From Squalus acanthias (Eukaryota): a stretch of DNA of 64,000 nt. The notes beneath the pieces are model-generated. The model was not told the DNA's origin and searched no databases. It worked only from the letters and a program-made list of their open reading frames with translations. The translations under genes and the position numbers were made by a program. Position 1 is the first letter of the stretch, and every line of letters starts with the position of its first letter. Location of the stretch: positions 5,704,001 to 5,768,000 of the forward strand of contig JASTWF010000034.1 in NCBI GenBank assembly GCA_030390025.1, written 5' to 3'. Positions 25,901-40,627 of this stretch are shown in pieces.

Positions 25901-28900
25901 CCCAGTACTGAACCCTGGGGAACTCCACTGTATACCTCCCTCCAGACCCCAGTACTGAACCCTGGGGAACTCCACTGTATACCTCCCTCCAGACACCAGT
26001 ACTGAACCCTGGGGAACTCCACTGTATACCTCCCTCCAGACCCCAGTACTGAACCCTGGGGAACTCCACTGTATACCTCCCTCCAGACCCCAGTACTGAA
26101 CCCTGGGGAACTCCACTGTATACCTCCCTCCAGACCCCAGTACTGAACCCTGGGGAACTCCACTGTATACCTCCCTCCAGACCCCAGTACTGAACCCTGG
26201 GGAACTCCACTGTATACCTCCCTCCAGACCCCAGTACTGAACCCTGGGGAACTCCACTGTATACCTCCCTCCAGACCCCAGTACTGAACCCTGGGGAACT
26301 CCACTGTATACCTCCTCCAGCCCCAGTACTGAACCCTGGGGAACTCCACTGTATACCTCCCTCCAGACCCCAGTACTGAACCCTGGGGAACTCCACTGTA
26401 TACCTCCCTCCAGCCCCCAGTACTGAACCCTGGGGAACTCCACTGTATACCTCCCTCCAGCCCCAGTACTGAACCCTGGGGAACTCCACTGTATACCTCC
26501 CTCCAGACCCCAGTACTGAACCCTGGGAACTCCACTGTATACCTCCCTCCAGACCCAGCTACTGAACCCTGGGGAACTCCACTGTATACCTCCCTCCAGA
26601 CCCCAGTACTGAACCCTGGGGAACTCCACTGTATACCTCCCTCCAGACCCCAGTACTGAACCTGGGGAACTCCACTGTATACCTCCCTCCAGACCCCAGT
26701 ACTGAACCCTGGGGAACTCCACTGTATACCTCCCTCCAGACCCCAGTACTGAACCCTGGGGAACTCCACTGTATACCTCCCTCCAGACCCCAGTACTGAA
26801 CCTGGGGAACTCCACTGTATACCTCCCTCCAGACCCCAGTACTGAACCCTGGGGAACTCCACTGTATACCTCCCTCCAGACCCCAGTACTGAACCCTGGG
26901 GAACTCCACTGTATACCTCCCTCCAGACCCCAGTACTGAACCCTGGGGAACTCCACTGTATACCTCCCTCCAGACCCCAGTACTGAACCCTGGGGAACTC
27001 CACTGTATACCTCCCTCCAGACCCCAGTACTGAACCCTGGGGAACTCCACTGTATACCTCCTCCAGACCCCAGTACTGAACCCTGGGGAACTCCACTGTA
27101 TACCTCCCTCCAGACCCCAGTACTGAACCCTGGGGAACTCACTGTATACCTCCCTCCAGACCCCAGTACTGAACCCTGGGGAACTCCACTGTATACCTCC
27201 TCCAGACACCAGTACTGAACCCTGGGGAACTCCACTGTATACCTCCCTCCAGACCCCAGTACTGAACCCTGGGGAACTCCACTGTATACCTCCCTCCAGA
27301 ACCCAGTACTGAACCCTGGGGAACTCCACTGTATACCTCCCTCCAGACCCCAGTACTGAACCCTGGGGAACTCCACTGTTTACCTCCCTCCAGACCCCAG
27401 TACTGAACCCTGGGGAAATGCAACTGTATTCTCCCTCCAGACACCAGTACTGGACCCTGGGGATCTCTACTGTATACCTCCCTCCAGACCCCAGTACTGA
27501 GCCCTGGGGAACTGCACTCCTCCAGACCCCAGTACTGAACCCTGGGGTAACTCCACTGTATACCTCCCTCCAGACCCAGTACTGAACCCTGGGGAACTCC
27601 ACTGTATACCTCCCTCCAGACCCCAGTACTGAACCCTGGGGAACTCCACTGTATACCTCCACCCAGACCCCAGTACTGAACCTGGGGAACTCCACTGTAT
27701 ACCTCCCTCCAGACCCCAGTACTGAACCCTGGGGAACTCCACTGTATACCTCCCTCCAGACCCCAGTACTGAACCCTGGGGAACTCCACTGTATACCTCC
27801 CTCCAGACCCCAGTACTGAACCCTGGGGAACTCCACTGTATACCTCCCTCCAGACCCCAGTACTGAACCCTGGGAACTCCACTGTATACTCCCTCCAGAC
27901 CCCAGTACTGAACCCTGGGGAACTCCACTGTATACCTCCCTCCAGACCCCAGTACTGAACCCTGGGGAACTCCACTGTATACCTCCCTCCAGACCCCAGT
28001 ACTGAACCCTGGGGAACTCCACTGTATACCTCCCTCCAGACACCAGTACTGAACCTGGGGAACTCCACTGTATACCTCCCTCCAGACCCAGTACTGAACC
28101 TGGGGAACTCCACTGTATACCTCCCTCCAGACCCAGTACTGAACCCTGGGGAACTCCACTGTATACCTCCCTCCAGACCCAGTACTGAACCCTGGGGAAC
28201 TCCACTGTATACCTCCCTCCAGACCCCAGTACTGAACCCTGGGGAACTCCACTGTATACCTCCCTCCAGACCCCAGTACTGAACCCTGGGGAACTCCACT
28301 GTATACCTCCCTCCAGACCCCAGTACTGAACCCTGGGGAACTCCACTGTATACCTCATGCCAGCCCCCAGTACTGAACTCTGGGGAACTCCACTGTATAC
28401 CTCCCTCCCTACCCCAGTACTGAACCCTGGGGAACACCAGTGTATACCTCCCTACAGACACCAGTACTGAACCCTGGGGAACTCCACTGCATACCTCCCT
28501 CCAGACCCCGAGTACTGTACCTTGGGGAACTCCACTTTATACCTCCCTCCAGACCCCAGTACTGAATCCTGGGGAACTCCAATGTATACCTCCATCCAGC
28601 GCCCAGTACTGAACCCTGGGGAACTCCACTGTATACCTCCCTCCAGACCCCAGTACTGAACCCTGGGGCACTCCACTGTATACCTCACTCCACACCCCAG
28701 TACTGAACCCTGGGGAACTCCACTGTCTACCTCCCTCAGACCCCAGTACTGAACCCTGGGGAACTCCACTGTACACCTCCCTCCAGACCCCAGTACTGAA
28801 CACTGGGGAACTCCACTGTATACCTCCCTGCAGACCCCAGTACTGAACCCTGGGGAACTCCACTGTATACCTCCCTCCAGATCCCAGTACTGAACCCTGG

Positions 28901-29287
28901 GGAACTCCACTGTATTCCTCCCCTCAGGCACCAGCACTGAACCCTGGGGAACACCACTGTATACCTCCCTCCAGATCCCAGTACTGAACCCTGGGGAACT
29001 CCACTGTCTACCTCCCCCCAGTACTGAACCCTGGGGAACTCCACTGTATACCTCCCTCCAGACGCCACTACTGAATCCTGGGGAACTCCACTGTACACCT
29101 CACTCCAGATCCCTGTACTGAACGCTGGGGAAATCCACTGTATACCTCCATCCAGCCCCTGCTACTGAACCCTGGGGAAATATACTGTTACCCTCCCTCA
29201 AGACACCAGTACTGAACTCTGGGGAAATCCATTGTATACCTCTCTCCAGCCCTCCAGTACTGAACCCTGGGGAACTCCACTGTATAC

Positions 29288-29542
29288 TGTATATTAGTGT
29301 TAGGTGGGGATTAAATATGTGGGGTTATGGGGATATATTGGGATATGTTAGGGGGAATTAAAGACGTGGGGTTACGGGGGTAGGGTGGGATATGTATACT
29401 GTGGGGATTAAAGCAGGGACAGGGTACTGGATTTGAATGATCAGCCATGATCGTATTGAATGGTGGAGCAGGCTCGACGGGCCGAATGGCCTACTCCTGC
29501 TCCTAGATTCTATGTTTCTATGTTTCTATGTTTCTATGTTTC
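29288..29542 (+). mobile_element. SINE-like/CR1-tail insertion, copy 2 of 5
   Basis: Same sequence and insertion point as 4427-4672; tail (TTCTATGT)4. Confidence 0.85.
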
Positions 29543-32500
29543 TATACCTACCTCCAGCGCCCTGTACTGAACCCTGGGGAATCGCCCTGTATACCTCCCT
29601 CCAGACCCCAGTACTGAACCCTGCGGAACTCCACTGTATGCGTCCCCCCCAGATCCCAGTACTGAACCCTGGGTAACTCCACTATATACCTCCCTCCAGC
29701 CCACAATACTGAACCCTGGGAAACTGCACTGTATACCTCCTTCCAGACTCCAGTGCGTAACCCTGGGAAACTCCACTGTATACCTCCTTCCAAACCCCAG
29801 TACTGTACCCTCGGGAACTCCAAAGTATACCTCCCTCTAGACCCTGCTACTGAACCCTGGGCAACTTCAATGGACACCTCCCACCAGACACCAGGACTGA
29901 ACCCTGGGGAACTCCAATGGACACCTCCCACCAGACACCAGGACTGACCCCTGGGGAACCCCACTGTATACCTCCCTCCAGCCCCCAGGACTGAACCCTG
30001 AGGAAATCCACTGAACGCCTCCCTCCCGTCACCAGTACTGAACCCTGGGGATCTCCACTGTATAGCTCCCTCCAACCCCCCCCCAGTAATGAACCCTGTG
30101 GAACAGCACTGTATATCTCCCTGAAGCACACAGTACTGAACCCTGGGGAAATCCACTGTATACCTCCCTCCAGCCCCTGCTACTGATCCCTGATGAAATC
30201 CAGTGTATACCTCCCTCCAGACCCCAATACTGAGCCCTGGGGAACTCCACTCTATACCTCCCCCCAGGCACCAGTACTGAACCCTGGCGAACTCCACTGT
30301 ATACCTCCGTCCAGAAACCCAGTACTGAACCCTGGGGAACTCCACTGTATACCTCCCTCTAGATCCTGATACTGAACCCTGGGGAACTCCACTGTATGCC
30401 TACCCCGAGACCCAAGTACTGAACCCTGGGGAACTCCACTGTATACCTCCCTCCAGCCCCCAGTACTGATCCCTGGGGAACTCCACTGTATACCTCCCTC
30501 CAGACACCAGTACTAAACCCAGGGGAACTCCAGTGTATACCTCCCTTCAGACCCCAGTACTGAACCCTGGGGAACTCGACTGTATACATCCCTCCAGCCC
30601 CCAGTAATGAACACTGGGGAACTCCACTATATACCTCCCTCCAGACCCCAGTACTGAACCCTGGGGAACTCCACTGTATACCTCACTCCAGTCCCAGTAC
30701 TGTACCCTAGGGAACTCCACTGTATACCTCCCCCAAGACCCCAGTACTGAACCCTGGGGAACTCCACTGTAAACCGTCCTCCATACACCAGGACTGAACC
30801 CTGGGGAACTCCACTGTATACCTCTCTCCAGCCCCCAGTACTGAACCCTGGGGAACTCCACTGTATATCTCCCTCCAGACACCAGTACTGAACCCAGCGG
30901 AACTCCAGTGTATACCTCCCTCTGGATATCAGTACTGAACCCTGGGGAACTCCACTGTATACCTCCCTCCAGCCCACAGTACTGAACCCTGGGGAACTCC
31001 ACTGTATACGTCCCCTCCAGACCCCAGTACTGAACCCTGGGGAACTCCACTGTATACCTCCCTCCAGACCCCAGTACTGAACCCCGCGGAACTCCACTGT
31101 ATACCTCCCTCCAGACCCCAGGACTGAACGCTGGGGAACTCCACTGCATACCTCTCTTCAGACCCCAGTACTGAACCCTGGGGAACTCCACTGTATACCG
31201 CCCCCCAAGACAACAGTATTGAACCCTGGGGAACCCCACTGTTTCCCTCCCCGCAAGACAACAGTATTGATCCCTGTGGAACTCCACTGCATACCTCTCC
31301 CCAAGACATCAGTATTGAACACTGGGGAACTCCACTGTATACCTCTCTTCAGACCACAGTACTGAACCCTGGGGAACTCCACTGTATACCTCCCTCCAGC
31401 CCACAGTACAGAACCCTGGGAAACTCCACTGTATACATCGCTCGAGCCCCCAGTACTGTATTGTGGGGAACTCCCCTGCACACCTCTCTCCAGCCCTCAG
31501 TACTGAAACCATGTTGAACTCCACTGTATACATCCCTCCAGCTCCCAGTACTGTACGCTGTGGAACTGCACTGTATACTTCCCTGCAACGCCCAGTACAG
31601 CGTACTGGGTATGTCAAGTGTTTGCCTACCTCCAGCCCCCTGTTCTACACCCTGGGGAACTCCAATATATAACTCCCTTCAGCCCACAGAATTGATCGCT
31701 GGGGAACTCCACTGTATACCTCTCCCCAGACCCCAGTACTGAACCCTGGGGAACTCCACTGTATACCTTCCTCCAGCCCCCAGTACTGGACCCTGGGGAA
31801 CTCCACTGTATACATGCACCCAGACTCCAGTAATGAACCCTGGGGAACACCACTGTATACCTCCATCCAGCACCCAGTACTGAACCCTGGGGAACTCCAC
31901 TGTATACCTCCCTCCAGACCCCAGTACTGAACCCTGGGGAACTCCACTGTATACCTCCCTCCAGACCCAGTACTGAACCCTGGGGAACTCCACTGTATAC
32001 CTCCCTCCAGACCCCAGTACTGAACCTGGGGAACTCCACTGTATACCTCTCTCCAGACCCCAGTACTGACCCTGGGGAACTCACTGTATACTCCCTCCAG
32101 ACCCCAGTACTGAACCCTGGGGAACTCCACTGTATACATCCTCCAGACCCCAGTACTGAACCCTGGGGAATCGCCCTGTATACCTCCCTCCAGACCCCAG
32201 TACTGAACCCTGCGGAACTCCACTGTATGCGTCCCCCCCAGATCCCAGTACTGAACCCTGGGTAACTCCACTATATACCTCCCTCCAGCCCACAATACTG
32301 AACCCTGGGAAACTGCAGCTGTATACCTCCTTCCAGACTCCAGTGCGTAACCCTGGGAAACTCCACTGTATACCTCCTTCCAAACCCCAGTACTGTACCC
32401 TCGGGAACTCCAAATTATACCTCCCTCTTGACCCTGCTACTGAACCCTGGGCAACTTCAATGGACACCTCCCACCAGACACCAGGACTGAACCCTGGGGA

Positions 32501-35500
32501 ACTCCAATGGACACCTCCCACCAGACACCAGGACTGACCCCTGGGAACCCCACTGTATACCTCCCTCCAGCCCCCAGGACTGAACCCTGAGGAAATCCAC
32601 TGAACGCCTCCCTCCCGTCACCAGTACTGAACCCTGGGGATCTCCACTGTATAGCTCCCTCCGACCCCAGTACTGAACCCTGGGGAACTCCACTGTATAC
32701 CTCCCTCCAGACCCCAGTACTGAACCCTGGGGAACTCCACTGTATACCTCCCTCCAGACCCCAGTACTGAACCCTGGGGAACTCCACTGTATACCTCCCT
32801 CCAGACCCCAGTACTGAACCCTGGGGAACTCCACTGTATACCTCCCTCCAGACCCCAGTACTGAACCCTGGGGAACTCCACTGTATACCTCCCTCCAAAC
32901 CCAGTACTGAACCCTGGGGAACTCCACTGTATACCTCCCTCCATACCCAGTACTGAACCCTGGGGAACTCCACTGTATACCTCCCTCCAGACCCCAGTAC
33001 TGAACCCTGGGGAACTCCACTGTATACCTCCCTCCAGACCCCAGTACTGAACCCTGGGGAACTCCACTGTATACCTCCCTCCAGACCCCAGTACTGAACC
33101 CTGGGGAACTCCACTGTATACCTCCCTCCAGACCCCAGTACTGAACCCTGGGGAACTCGACTGTATACATCCCTCCAGACCCCAGTACTGAACACTGGGG
33201 AACTCCACTATATACCTCCCTCCAGACCCCAGTACTGAACCCTGGGGAACTCCACTGTTTACCTCACTCCAGTCCCCAGTACTGTACCCTGGGGAACTCC
33301 ACTGTATACCTCTCTCCAGCCCCCAGTACTGAACCCTGGGGAACTCCACTGTATACCTCCCTCCAGACACCAGTACTGGACCCTGGGGAACTCCACTGTA
33401 TACATGCACCCAGACTCCAGTAATTTAAATCTGGGGAAATCCACTGTATACCTCCCTCCAGACCCCAGTACTGAACCCTGGGGAACACCACTGTATACCT
33501 CCATCCAGCACCCAGTACTGAACCCTGGGGAAATCCACTGTATACCTCCCTCCAGCCCATAGTACTGAACCCTGGGGAACTCCACTGTATACCTCCAACC
33601 AGCCACTGGCACTGAACTCTGGCGAACTCCACTGTAAACTTCCCACCAGCCCCTGCTACTGAACCCTGGTGAACTCCACTGTATACCTCCCTCCAGACCC
33701 CAGTACTGAACCCTGGGGAACTCCACTGTATACCTCCCTCCAGCCCCCAGTACTGAACACTGGGGAACTCCACTGTGTTCCTCCCCCCAGCCCCCAGTAC
33801 TGAACCCTGGGGAACTCCAATGTTAACCTCCATCCAGACCCCAGCACTGTACCCTGGGGAACTTCACTGTATACCTCACTCCATACCCCAGTACTGCACC
33901 TTGGTGAACTCCACTGTACACCTCCCTCCATACCCCAGTACTGAACCCTGGCGAACTCCACTGTATACCTCACTCCACACCCCAGCACTGAACCCTGGGG
34001 AACTCCAGTGTCTACCTACCTCCAGACCCCAGTACTGAACCCTGGGGAACTCCACTGTATACCTCACTCCAGCACCCAGTACTGGACCCTGGGGAACTCC
34101 ACTGTATACCTCCCTCCATACCCCAGTACTGAACCCTGGGGAACTCCACTGTATAACTCCCTCCATACCCCAGTACTGAACCCTGGGGAACTCCACTGTA
34201 TAACTCCCTGCAGACCCCAGTGCTGAACCTCGGGGAACTCCAATGTATACCTCCCTCCAGACCCCGTACTGAACCCTGGGGAAATCTAATGTTTACCTCC
34301 CTGCATCCCACAGTACTGAACCCTGGGGAACTCCACTGTATACCTCCCTCCAGCCCCCAGTACTGAACCCTGGGGAACTCCACTGTATACCTCACTCCAG
34401 CACCCAGTACTGGACCCTGGGGAACTCCACTGTATACCTCCCTCCATACCCCAGTACTGAACCCTGGGGAACTCCACTGTATAACTCCCTGCAGACCCCA
34501 GTGCTGAACCTCGGGGAACTCCAATGTATACCTCCCTCCAGACCCCGGTACTGAACCCTGGGGAAATCCAATGTTTACCTCCCTGCATCCCACAGTACTG
34601 AACCCTGGGGAACTCCACTGTATACCTCCCTCCAGCCCCCAGTACTGAACCCTGGGGAACTCCACTGTATACCTCCCTCCAGACCCCAGTACTGAACCCT
34701 GGAGAATTCCACTGTATACCTCCCTCCAGCCCCCAGTACTGAACCCTGGGGAACTCCACTGTATGCCTCCCTGCAGCCCCCAGTACTGAACCCTGGGGAA
34801 CTCCACTGTATACCTCCCTCCAGCGCCCAGTGCTGAACACTGGGGAACTGCACTGTATACGTCCCCCCCCACACCCCCAAGTACTGAACCCTGGGGAACT
34901 CCACTGTATATCTCCCTCCAGACCCCAGTACTGAACTTGGGGAACTCCACTGTATACCTCCCCGCCAGACACCAGTACTGAACCCTGGGGAACTCCACTG
35001 GAACCCTCCCTCCAGCCCCTGCTACTGAACCCTGGGGAACTCCACTGTCTGCCTCCCTCCAGACCCCAGTACTGAACCCTGGGGAACTTCATTGTATACC
35101 TCCCCCCAGACCCCAGTATTGAACCTGGGGAACTCCTCTATACACCTCCACTGCCAGACACCAGTATTGAACCCTGGGGAACTCCACTGTATACCTCCCT
35201 CCAGCGCCCAGTACTGAACCCTGGGGAACTCCACTGTATACCTCCCCCCAAAACAACAGTGCTGAACCCTGTGGAACTCCACTGCATCACTCTCCCCAAG
35301 ACACCAGTATTGAACCCTGGGGAACTCCACTGCATACCTCACCCCAAGACACCAGTATTGAACCCTGGGGAACTCCACTTTGTACCTCCCCCCAGACACC
35401 AGTACTGAATCCTGGGATACTCCACTGTACACCTCCCCCCTGACCACAGTACTGAACCCTGGGGAACTCCACTGTATACCTCCCCCCAGACCCCAGTACT

Positions 35501-38147
35501 GAACCCTGGGGAAATCCACTGTATACCTCCATCCAGCCCCCAGTACTGAACCCTGGGGAACTCCACTGTATACCTCCCTCCAGCCCACAGTACTGAACCC
35601 TGGGGAACTCCACTGTATACCTCCAACCAGCCCCTATCAATTAACCCTGGGGAACTCCAGTGTAAACTTCCCTCCAGCCCCCAGTATTGAACCCTGGCGA
35701 ACTCCACTGTAAACTTCCCTCCAGCCCCTGCTACTAAACCCTGGTGAACTCCACTGTATACCTCCCTCCAGACCCCAGTACTGAACCCTGGGGAACTCCA
35801 CTGTATACCTCCCTCCAGCCCCCAGTACTGAACCCTGGGGAACTCCACTGTATACCTCCTACCAGCCCCCAGTACTGAACCCTGGGGAACTCCAATGTAT
35901 ACATGCACCCAGACTCCAGTAATTTAAACCCTGGGGAAATCCACTGTATACCTCCCTCTAGACCCCAGTACTGAACCCTGGGGAACACCACTGTATACCT
36001 CCATCCAGCACCCAGTACTGAACCCTGGGGAACTCCACTGTATACCTCCCTCCAGCCCATAGTACTGAACCCTGGGAAACTCCACTGTATACCTCCATCC
36101 AGCCACTGGCACTGAACCCTGAGGCACTCCACTGTAAACTTCCCTCCAGACCCCAGTACTGAACCCTGGGGAACTCCACTGTATACCTCCCTCCAGCCCC
36201 CAGTACTGAACCCTGGGGAATCCACTGTGTTCCTCCCCCAAGCCCCCAGTACTGAACCCTGGGGAACTCCACTGTATACCTCACTCCATACCTAAGTACT
36301 GAACCCTGGTGAACTCCACTGTACACCTCCCTCCATACCCCAGTACTGAACCCTGGGGAACTCCACTGTATACCTCACTCCACACCCCAGCACTGAACCC
36401 TGGGGAACTCCAGTGTCTACCTACCGCCAGAACCCAGTACTTAACCCTGGGGAACTCCACTGTATACCTCCCTCCATACCCCAGTACTGAACCCTGGGGA
36501 ACTCCTCTGTATAACTCCCTCCAGACCGCAGTGCTGAACCTCGGGGGACTCCACTGTATACCTCCCTCCAGACCCCAGTACTGAACCCTGGGGAAATCCA
36601 ATGTTTACCTCCCTGCAGCCCACAGTACTGAACACTGGGGAACTCCACTGTATACCTCCCTCCAGCCCCCAGTACTGAACCCTGGGGAACTCCACTGTAT
36701 ACCTCCCTCCAGCCCCCAGTACTGAACCCTGGGGAACTCCACTGTATACTTCCCTGCAGCCCACAGTACGGAACCTTGGGGAACTCCACTGTTTACCTCC
36801 CTCAAGACAACAGTACTGAACCCTGGGGAACTCCACTGTAAACCTCCCTCCAGCCCCCAGTCCTGAACCCTGGGCAACTCCACTGTATACCACCCTCCAG
36901 CGCCCAGTGCTGAACACTGGGGAACTGCACTGTATACTTCCTCCCGAGACCCCCAAGTACTGACCCCTGGGGAACTCCACTATATACCTCCCTCCAGACC
37001 CCAGTACTGAACTTGGGGAACTCCACTGGAAACCTCCCTCCAGCCCCTGCTACTGAACCCTGGGGAACTCCACTGTCTGCCTCCCTCCAGACCCCAGTAC
37101 TGAACCCTGGGGAACTTCACTGTATACCTCCCTCCAGACCCCAGTACTGAACTTGGGGAACTCCACTGGAAACCTCCCTCCAGCCCCTGCTACTGAACCC
37201 TGGGGAACTCCACTGTCTGCCTCCCTCCAGACCCCAGTACTGAACCCTGGGGAACTTCACTGTATACCTCCCCCCAGACCCCAGTACTGAAACCTGGGGA
37301 ACTCCACTGTATACCTCCCTCCAGATCCCAGTACTGAACCCTGGGGAACTCCACTGTATTCCTCCCCTCAGGCACCAGCACTGAACCCTGGGGAACACCA
37401 CTGTATACCTCCCTCCAGATCCCAGTACTGAACCCTGGGGAACTCCACTGTCTACCTCCCCCCAGTACTGAACCCTGGTGAACTCCACTGTATACCTCCC
37501 TCCAGACGCCACTACTGAATCCTGGGGAACTCCACTGTACACCTCACTCCAGATCCCTGTACTGAACGCTGGGGAACTCCACTGTCTACCTCCCTTCAGA
37601 CCCCAGTACTGAACCCTGGGGAACTCCACTGTACACCTCCCTCCAGACCCCAGTACTGAACACTGGGGAACTCCACTGTATACCTCCCTGCAGACCCCAG
37701 TACTGAACCCTGGGGAACTCCACTGTATACCTCCCTCCAGATCCCAGTACTGAACCCTGGGGAACTCCACTGTATTCCTCCCCTCAGGCACCAGCACTGA
37801 ACCCTGGGGAACACCACTGTATACCTCCCTCCAGATCCCAGTACTGAACCCTGGGGAACTCCACTGTCTACCTCCCCCCAGTACTGAACCCTGGGGAACT
37901 CCACTGTATACCTCCCTCCAGACGCCACTACTGAATCCTGGGGAACTCCACTGTACACCTCACTCCAGATCCCTGTACTGAACGCTGGGGAAATCCACTG
38001 TATACCTCCATCCAGCCCCTGCTACTGAACCCTGGGGAAATATACTGTTACCCTCCCTCAAGACACCAGTACTGAACTCTGGGGAAATCCATTGTATACC
38101 TCTCTCCAGCCCTCCAGTACTGAACCCTGGGGAACTCCACTGTATAC

Positions 38148-38393
38148 TGTATATTAGTGTTAGGTGGGGATTAAATATGTGGGGTTATGGGGATATATTG
38201 GGATATGTTAGGGGAATTAAATACGTGGGGTTACGGGGGTAGGGTGGGATATGTATACTGTGGGGATTAAAGCAGGGACAGGGTACTGGATTTGAATGAT
38301 CAGCCATGATCGTATTGAATGGTGGAGCAGGCTCGACGGGCCGAATGGCCTACTCCTGCTCCTAGATTCTATGTTTCTATGTTTCTATGTTTC
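38148..38393 (+). mobile_element. SINE-like/CR1-tail insertion, copy 3 of 5
   Basis: Same insertion; tail x3; shares the GGGATATATTGGGA variant and left flank with copy 2. Confidence 0.85.
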
Positions 38394-40372
38394 TATACCT
38401 ACCTCCAGCGCCCTGTACTGAACCCTGGGGAATCGCCCTGTATACCTCCCTCCAGACCCCAGTACTGAACCCTGCGGAACTCCACTGTATGCGTCCCCCC
38501 CAGATCCCAGTACTGAACCCTGGGTAACTCCACTATATACCTCCCTCCAGCCCACAATACTGAACCCTGGGAAACTGCACTGTATACCTCCTTCCAGACT
38601 CCAGTGCGTAACCCTGGGAAACTCCACTGTATACCTCCTTCCAAACCCCAGTACTGTACCCTCGGGAACTCCAAAGTATACCTCCCTCTAGACCCTGCTA
38701 CTGAACCCTGGGCAACTTCAATGGACACCTCCCTCCAGACACCAGGACTGAACCCTGGGGAACTCCAATGGACACCTCCCTCCAGACACCAGGACTGACC
38801 CTGGGGAACCCCACCGTATACCTCCCTCCAGCCCCAGGACTGAACCCTGAGGAAATCCACTGTACGCCTCCTCCCGTCACCAGTACTGAACCCTGGGGAT
38901 CTCCACTGTATAGCTCCCTCCAGACCCCCCAGTAATGAACCCTGTGGAACAGCACTGTATATCTCCCTGAAGCACACAGTACTGAACCCTGGGGAAATCC
39001 ACTGTATACCTCCCTCCAGCCCCTGCTACTGATCCCTGAGGAAATCCACTGTATACCTCCCTCCAGACCCCAGTACTGAGCCCTGGGGAACTCCACTCTA
39101 TACCTCCCCCAGGCACCATACTGAACCCTGGCGAACTCCACTGTATACCTCCGTCCAGAAACCCAGTACTGAACCCTGGGGAACTCCACTGTATACCTCC
39201 CTCTAGATCCTGATACTGAACCCTGGGGAACTCCACTGTATGCCTACCCCGAGACCCAAGTACTGAACCCTGGGGAACTCCACTGTATACCTCCCTCCAG
39301 CCCCCAGTACTGATCCCTGGGGAACTCCACTGTATACCTCCCTCCAGACACCAGTACTAAACCCAGGGGAACTCCAGTGTATACCTCCCTTCAGACCCCA
39401 GTACTGAACCCTGGGGAACTCGACTGTATACATCCCTCCAGCCCCCAGTAATGAACACTGGGGAACTCCACTATATACCTCCCTCCAGACCCCAGTACTG
39501 AACCCTGGGGAACTCCACTGTATACCTCACTCCAGTCCCCAGTACTGTACCCTAGGGAACTCCACTGTATACCTCCCCCCAGACCCCAGTACTGAACCCT
39601 GGGGAACTCCACTGTATACCGTCCTCCATACACCAGGACTGAACCCTGGGGAACTCCACTGTATACCTCTCTCCAGCCCCCAGTACTGAACCCTGGGGAA
39701 CTCCACTGTATACCTCCCTCCAGACACCAGTACTGGACCCTGGGGAACTCCACTGTATACATGCACCCAGACTCCAGTAATTAAAATCTGGGGAAATCCA
39801 CTGTATACCTCCCTCCAGCCCCCAGTACTGAACCCTGGGGAACACCACTGTATACCTCCATCCAGCACCCAGTACTGAACCCTGGGGAAATCCACTGTAT
39901 ACCTCCCTCCAGACCCCAGTACTGAACCCTGGGGAACACCACTGTATACCTCCATCCAGCACCCAGTACTGAACCCTGGGGAAATCCACTGTATACCTCC
40001 CTCCAGCCCATAGTACTGAACCCTGGGGAAATCCACTGTATACCTCCAACCAGCCACTGGCACTGAACCCTGAGGCACTCCACTGTAAACTTCCCTCCAG
40101 CCCACAGTATTGAACCCTGGCGAACTCCACTGTAAACTTCCCTCCAGCCCCTGCTACTGAACCCTGGTGAACTCCACTGTATACCTCCCTCCAGACCCCA
40201 GTACTGAACCCTGGGGAACTCCACTGTATACCTCCCTCCAGCCCCCAGTACTGAACCCTGGGGAACTCCACTGTGTTCCTCCCCCCAGCCCCCAGTACTG
40301 AACCCTGGGGAACTCCAATGTTAACCTCCATCCAGACCCCAGCACTGAACCCTGGGGAACTCCACTGTATAC

Positions 40373-40627
40373 TGTATATTAGTGTTAGGTGGGGATTAAA
40401 TATGTGGGGTTATGGGGATAGGATGGGATATGTTAGGGGGAATTAAATACGTGGGGTTACGGGGGTAGGGTGGGATATGTATACTGTGGGGATTAAAGCA
40501 GGGACAGGGTACTGGATTTGAATGATCAGCCATGATCGTATTGAATGGTGGAGCAGGCTCGACGGGCCGAATGGCCTACTCCTGCTCCTAGATTCTATGT
40601 TTCTATGTTTCTATGTTTCTATGTTTC
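40373..40627 (+). mobile_element. SINE-like/CR1-tail insertion, copy 4 of 5
   Basis: Same insertion; tail x4; GGGATAGGATGGGA variant as in copies 1 and 5. Confidence 0.85.
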